From positions 24,365,899 to 24,429,898 of the forward strand of contig OZ316891.1 of the NCBI GenBank assembly GCA_973895155.1: a stretch of DNA of 64,000 nt, given 5' to 3'. The translations under genes and the position numbers were made by a program. Source of the DNA: Marsupella aquatica. Its lineage: Eukaryota > Plantae > Marchantiophyta. Positions 59,183 through 64,000 of the stretch are shown one piece after another (the first letter of the stretch is position 1; every line of letters begins with the position of its first letter). The notes under the pieces were generated by a model. The model was not told the origin of the DNA. It saw only the letters and a program-made list of their open reading frames with translations, and did not search any database.

Positions 59183-60061
59183 TCACTCTGATTCATAGTT
59201 GCTAATAACCCCTTCCTCACTTGTTGTCACATAGTTTTCACTGTGAGGATCCTGACCCTTCCGTGGCCAGGCCTCAAAAAGATCATAGTCCATTGGGTTT
59301 TGACGCTTCCCAGCTGCTACTGATTCCACAAGCCAAGCATATGAAACCACAAACACATTATGGGACATGACATAAAAGCGAATGTCACCCTTCCCAAACT
59401 TGCGGCAGGCTTTGGGATATGACTTAGTAATGACATGAGTGGTGTCCTCTATTATATTCTCCTCCACTATCCCACCTAGGTCAAGCATTGTGGACTTGTA
59501 CACTTTGCACTTAACCTCTCCAATTCCCGCCTCCACAAAAACCATGCTCAGCCCTTTCAAAATGGGGGTTGGTTGCTTCATCTCCTCAGCCAACATACTC
59601 TTCAGCCTTCTTGAGCTTTGTCCTGTGTTGAGTACAGGTCCATATTGGACATCAGCAAGCCGTGCCTTTGCTTCCCAGACTTCTTGTTCAGCCCAAGCTG
59701 ATGCAATAGCTTCTTCATCCTCCCACAATTCATATTGCTCAGTATCCTGTACAATCTGATGTGCTATGGAATCTGTGATCCAAGAGGCCTCAACTACTTT
59801 TAGGCCTTGCTCAGTAATTGCAGAATTCATGTAGGACCATGACCACTTCTTTATCACTGATAGCCATGTCCCTGCAACAACATGTGTAGTCTCTGGAGTG
59901 ATGTCCTGAAGTACAGTGCCATGGAGCTCAGAGAATCGTTTCTGTAAAGTTGGCCAATGCACTTTGGTCAAGCCATGCTGGCCATGGACCAAAATGGCTC
60001 TGACCCCTGTAAACACTGTTGGGTGGTCACACTTTCTACGTTTCCCAGGCTCCATGTACAC
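59183..60061 (-). CDS. Tandem BRCT-domain protein, 292 aa, intronless
   Basis: Two repeats: 'FTGV...HGTV...TTHVVA...VVEASWITDSI...YEL' and 'LKGL...LGGIV...TTHVIT...VVSYAWLVESV...YDL'. Confidence 0.85.
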   Translation of the reverse strand: MYMEPGKRRKCDHPTVFTGVRAILVHGQHGLTKVHWPTLQKRFSELHGTVLQDITPETTHVVAGTWLSVIKKWSWSYMNSAITEQGLKVVEASWITDSIAHQIVQDTEQYELWEDEEAIASAWAEQEVWEAKARLADVQYGPVLNTGQSSRRLKSMLAEEMKQPTPILKGLSMVFVEAGIGEVKCKVYKSTMLDLGGIVEENIIEDTTHVITKSYPKACRKFGKGDIRFYVMSHNVFVVSYAWLVESVAAGKRQNPMDYDLFEAWPRKGQDPHSENYVTTSEEGVISNYESE

Positions 60062-60641
60062 ACACCCTATGTGATGAGAGTGAATATTGGAAGAATGGGT
60101 TCACCTGCCAATAGAAGGACACCAAAATTCCTGCTTTTTAAGTTGATCCGGTCCACTGTTGCTCAAGTCCAATTTTGATAGGTACAGGGGATATGTGAAC
60201 AATAAGTACTAGGCACCTGCACCGATGTAGGACATTGTTTGAGTATATACTAGGAAATCCATATCAAAGGTGAAATGAAGTGCAACCAACTTGTCATGGC
60301 CGCACATACATATTTTGTTGTAAAGGAGGATACATTCAATGACAAACTTATAGGGCAATTTGATTAATTGCATGCCTGATGCTTACAACTTTGAAATCCT
60401 ATTTTAATTTAGCAGTCTGATGAGAGTGTTTGTGAAAATGACCACTCAGTCTAAATACTTCCAAGAAGGCTTGTAAGGATAAGTTTTTATAGGCATGTAC
60501 CCAGCCAATAACGCCAGGGCACAGGATAAGTGCTCCCTGTATAAACTCGCCTACCCAACTCCTGTTCAAAATTGGAATCTCTGCAATCTCCAAAAATAGT
60601 ACATCCACATTAGGTGCCCTATGCATGTACAATGTTCAGCT

Positions 60642-61322
60642 TCACAGCCAAGATATGTGATCTCTCATAGGAGTGCGCGAGGTAGGATCAATGGCATGGT
60701 GATGACAATAAAATATCCATCGATCAACACCATGTGCAGAGTGATCATAGATTTCTCTGTCACAAGCATAACCCTGTGCTTGACAATCTTTCAAGCAATG
60801 ATAGTGCCACATAGTGGAACACCTAGCACAGTGGACCATGTCAGCCCAGTACTCATCATCATGCTCACCACATGCCTTGCACCTATGAAGTGGGCAAGCT
60901 GTGGCATGAGCAGGCAAACACTCAAAACAGAAAAACCTCACACAAAAACGGTCTGGACATTTCCTAACATCCGGTGCAGCATCAACAGAGCCCTCATAGG
61001 ACCCCAACTTCCCACACTGTGCACACTTAGCCTGCTTCTCCAAACAATCAGTGCACATCCAGTCTCCCTGGTGTGTTGACGGGAGGCCCACCCCTGGACA
61101 GTTGTTTTCTGCAGCAAGGTCAGACTCCGGGTTGAGGTGGAAATGCCTCATGCAAGGGCCCTCACAGATGACCAAGCTCCCACCATCGTCACAAATGGCA
61201 CAACAATGAGCTGCCTTCTGGAAAATCTGACTTGCAGAGAAGTTAGTAACATGTGGCCCAGGTACGCCTGTGTTGCTCACCTCTATCACACGCTTTTTTG
61301 CTGGAATTTTGGGGCGTGCCAT
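60642..61322 (-). CDS. Multi-PHD-finger protein, EDM2/NSD-like cluster, intronless
   Basis: 'CAICDDGGSLVICEGPCMRHFH...WMCTDC...CAQCGKLGS...VRKC...CVRFFCFEC...CPLHRCKAC...CARCSTMWHYHC...FYCHHH'; ATG at 61322 (MARPKIPAKKR). Confidence 0.85.
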   Translation of the reverse strand: MARPKIPAKKRVIEVSNTGVPGPHVTNFSASQIFQKAAHCCAICDDGGSLVICEGPCMRHFHLNPESDLAAENNCPGVGLPSTHQGDWMCTDCLEKQAKCAQCGKLGSYEGSVDAAPDVRKCPDRFCVRFFCFECLPAHATACPLHRCKACGEHDDEYWADMVHCARCSTMWHYHCLKDCQAQGYACDREIYDHSAHGVDRWIFYCHHHAIDPTSRTPMRDHISWL

Positions 61323-62069
61323 ACCTATGCATGAGATAGACAGTACAACTAAGTACACGGTACAGGCACTACATTTTGGCAGACTATACAGACAATGTAT
61401 TTTAGCAGACTTCACAGAAAGTAAAATTTAGCATTTAAGGTACAAAGGCATTAACCATTGCAATGAATTGCAATGCCCACACAAGGATGCAGAGCAGACA
61501 TACTTTTGGTTTGTTGAGCCCACACACAAAACTGAACCCCTAGTACAATTGCTCTACCAACACCTCAAATTCGTGGATGTGATTCACCAAAAAAGATCTG
61601 CAACAACATTTCATGCATTTGAATCACATACAATAGTCATCACATTGAAAAATAGGCATTTTTCCAACAAGATTGGGATCAAGCAGTGTGATGAGGGTTG
61701 TACTTTATACATCCTATATAGGCTATGATAGTGAGACAAATAAGTCATACGTGTAAGGGATGTTTGTAGGTTATCGCATGGCCCATTAATTCTGTCATAG
61801 AATGTTACAATGTTGGCCAAGTTAAAGTAGACATTAAAGCAGTCTTTGAATGGAGAATTTAAAGAGAGCTTGCTTAATTCTTACATTAGAATATTCCACT
61901 TAGTGCAGCCAAAATAGGATAAGTTATACACTCTGGACCCTAAACACTTTACCCAAAATTGCTCATACTTCAAAATTTTAAATTAATATCCTCGGTGCTT
62001 AAGTCAGAGTATTAAGTGTGAGGTCATTCCACTCAGGTTTGTGCATACGGGGTGACAAACTATGCTCCT

Positions 62070-62501
62070 CTACAGCGTGTGATCCAAACATGTGTAGACA
62101 CCAAAAGCACCAGTGGTGGGGTCTGGGAGGCCAGGCACACTGCAGGATGGCGAGTGGTTCCAGATGATACATTGTGCTCTATGCAAAAATTGACATCCAA
62201 GAGAACGGTCATCCAACTCTGGGCTAGATGCCCGACAGGCAGGACAGTCATATTGGCAACTGTGTACACACCCTTGGGCCCTAATTTGTGGCGGGTCATG
62301 TACGAGAGATAGAAATACCAAGGATGTTGGGAAGGGTGGAGAAGTAGGTACAGGCCGGCTGTAGTTATTCATGGCAACAATAGGGTACTCAAAGTACCAT
62401 GCAGACTGGGCAGGAAGGATCCCAAGTCTGACATACTCAAGGCGCAACCTCTCTGCCTTGCGTGCAAGCCGCACATGTTTAGCATTGCGGGTGCTCACCA
62501 T
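62070..62501 (-). CDS. Small Cys/His-rich protein, unknown function
   Basis: 143-aa ATG ORF, basic N-terminus, 'CVHSCQYDCPAC...CQFLHRAQC...C...CLDH'; co-oriented with neighbouring ORFs. Confidence 0.5.
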   Translation of the reverse strand: MVSTRNAKHVRLARKAERLRLEYVRLGILPAQSAWYFEYPIVAMNNYSRPVPTSPPFPTSLVFLSLVHDPPQIRAQGCVHSCQYDCPACRASSPELDDRSLGCQFLHRAQCIIWNHSPSCSVPGLPDPTTGAFGVYTCLDHTL

Positions 62502-63127
62502 AACTGTTGCTTTTGTTCAGATGTCTTGTGTTCACGTCCTCCAACGTCCTTCAATCAGCAAGGTCAGTAGGAGCTGTAATTGCCTCTCCAACAACAACCA
62601 GAAGAGAGACTAATCAGTTCCCACTCACTGTGTCATTCCCTTGGTTCCAACTAGAGGTCATAGTATAAACATAGCATGAAACACTCCTAATGAACAATGT
62701 TGCAAACTACAATATCCAGAAAGACTGAAAGTCTCACCCTGCAGTGAGCAACAGAGAGGTAGTTCACTGCTTGCAAGAGTGAACTGAGCAGGAGTGTAGG
62801 CAGACTGGCATTCAGTTGGCACAACTATATTGTGCATCAGCACAAAAGCTCTTATAAACATGATATGCATGAAACTTGTCGATAAAATAGAAGGAAACTA
62901 AGAGTGGATGCAAAACAAAGTAAATTACATCACAGGTTGGCACAGGAAGTGGCTCGCAGCACTCAGTCAAACTTCATAACCAAAGTACAGACTGTGTTCA
63001 CAATAAGGAGCTTCCTAAAAAAGAGGCCACCAAAAGGGGGTGGCAGAAAGGTCACTTGACAAAATGAAGATGGGAATGAAAAAACTGCCTCCAAGCCCAA
63101 TACATGTGACCAAATATATATTCAAAG

Positions 63128-63670
63128 AGGATCCCCAACAGAGCAGAAGACAGTATGATCCCAATTACTATGTTCTATCCATAACTACACGATCTGAAAA
63201 TGTTATGAGCAGACATGAAGAAGCCAGCAAAACAAAGGAAATAGAGCAAAATAGAGCATGGATCGAGAAAATGAACAACATCTAGTTCTTACACAAGAAA
63301 CTCAGTGACAGCAAACAAATTCACTAGCCCCAGGAAGTGAAAAGCAAATGAGTACCAAGCCAACCAACTAAGACTGACTATGAAATGCAAGTGACATCAT
63401 TTCAACCAAAAAATACAATAAAGCACTTAGGCAACATTAATATAGAAGTGTAGTGGAATTATATCATGCGACAGATAGTACTTGGTTCTACCTGAGGTGT
63501 ACAGGCATACTTCCCTCAGGTAGAATGTGTATGCAGTTACATACACATGAGGATCCCCAACAAAGCACACAACAATATGATCTGAATTCCCAATTACTCT
63601 GTTCTGTCCATACCTATGTTCATAAAAAATGTTATGAGCAGACATTGAGAAGCTAGCAAAACAGAGGAGC
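63128..63670. repeat. Diverged direct duplication of ~115 bp
   Basis: 'gaggatccccaaca...tatgat..cccaattact..gttct.tccata...aaaatgttatgagcagacat...gcaaaaca' near 63128 and 63549. Confidence 0.8.
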
Positions 63671-64000
63671 CAATCGAAGCCAAAATACTACATTCAAATA
63701 CAAGCTCACAAATAGGACTGAATTAGAACTCTTGCCTTTTTGCACTCCACCTGCACCAAAATGAAGTCTTAATACCAGGGACACGAAGAACACAAAACAA
63801 ATGCCGGAGCACATTCAAAGACAAAATGATTCATGAATAGCACATTCAAAGACAGAGCGGAAATAATTGAAAAAACCTGAGTGAAACAATTGTTCACACA
63901 TAACGAGACATTGGAGGTTGAATACAGCAGTCACCGCCAAGAATGTATGCATGAAACAGACATGAAGATATCGAATATGTATATGCATTCCAGACTTCAT

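Larger units (their letters stand above)
53621..64000 (-). mobile_element. Large CACTA/EnSpm element body; other end probably beyond the window
   Basis: Tnp2 transposase, start of TnpA-like gene, and co-oriented intronless ORFs upstream. Inclusion of 58400-64000 is inferred because no CACTA terminus was seen between them and the transposase. Confidence 0.7.

Overview
Eukaryotic, land-plant nuclear DNA (inference: probably a non-seed plant) that is mostly nested, partly decayed transposons around one host gene. (1) 1-~7750: Mutator/MULE-like DNA transposon (Cys/His-rich region + DDE core + SWIM) with a divergent ParB/Srx-fold gene, a small third ORF, and 8 dispersed copies of the 16-bp palindrome CTAGCGAnnTCGCTAG. 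(2) 9291-11751 (-): intact 6-exon histidine phosphotransfer (AHP/HPt) gene. (3) ~14946-31339 (-): Ty3/Gypsy-type element whose pol carries a C5 DNA-cytosine methyltransferase between protease and RT and a PHD finger after integrase; I find no direct LTR pair but imperfect inverted ends. It is interrupted by Copia-B (16775-23275, TSD GCATG), which itself holds a 328-bp MITE. (4) Copia-C is split into oppositely oriented halves (32639-34438 and 49363-53620, matching TSD GACAT) by a ~19.2-kb inversion that also splits a large CACTA element. (5) That CACTA (one end at 38031, body 53621->64000, - strand) has a Tnp2 transposase, a TnpA-like gene, and upstream intronless F-box, tandem-BRCT, EDM2/NSD-like PHD and Cys/His-rich ORFs. 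(6) Copia-D (40504-46610, TSD GGTTT) sits in a degenerate coiled-coil ORF. All family assignments are by-eye motif recognition; no database search was run.
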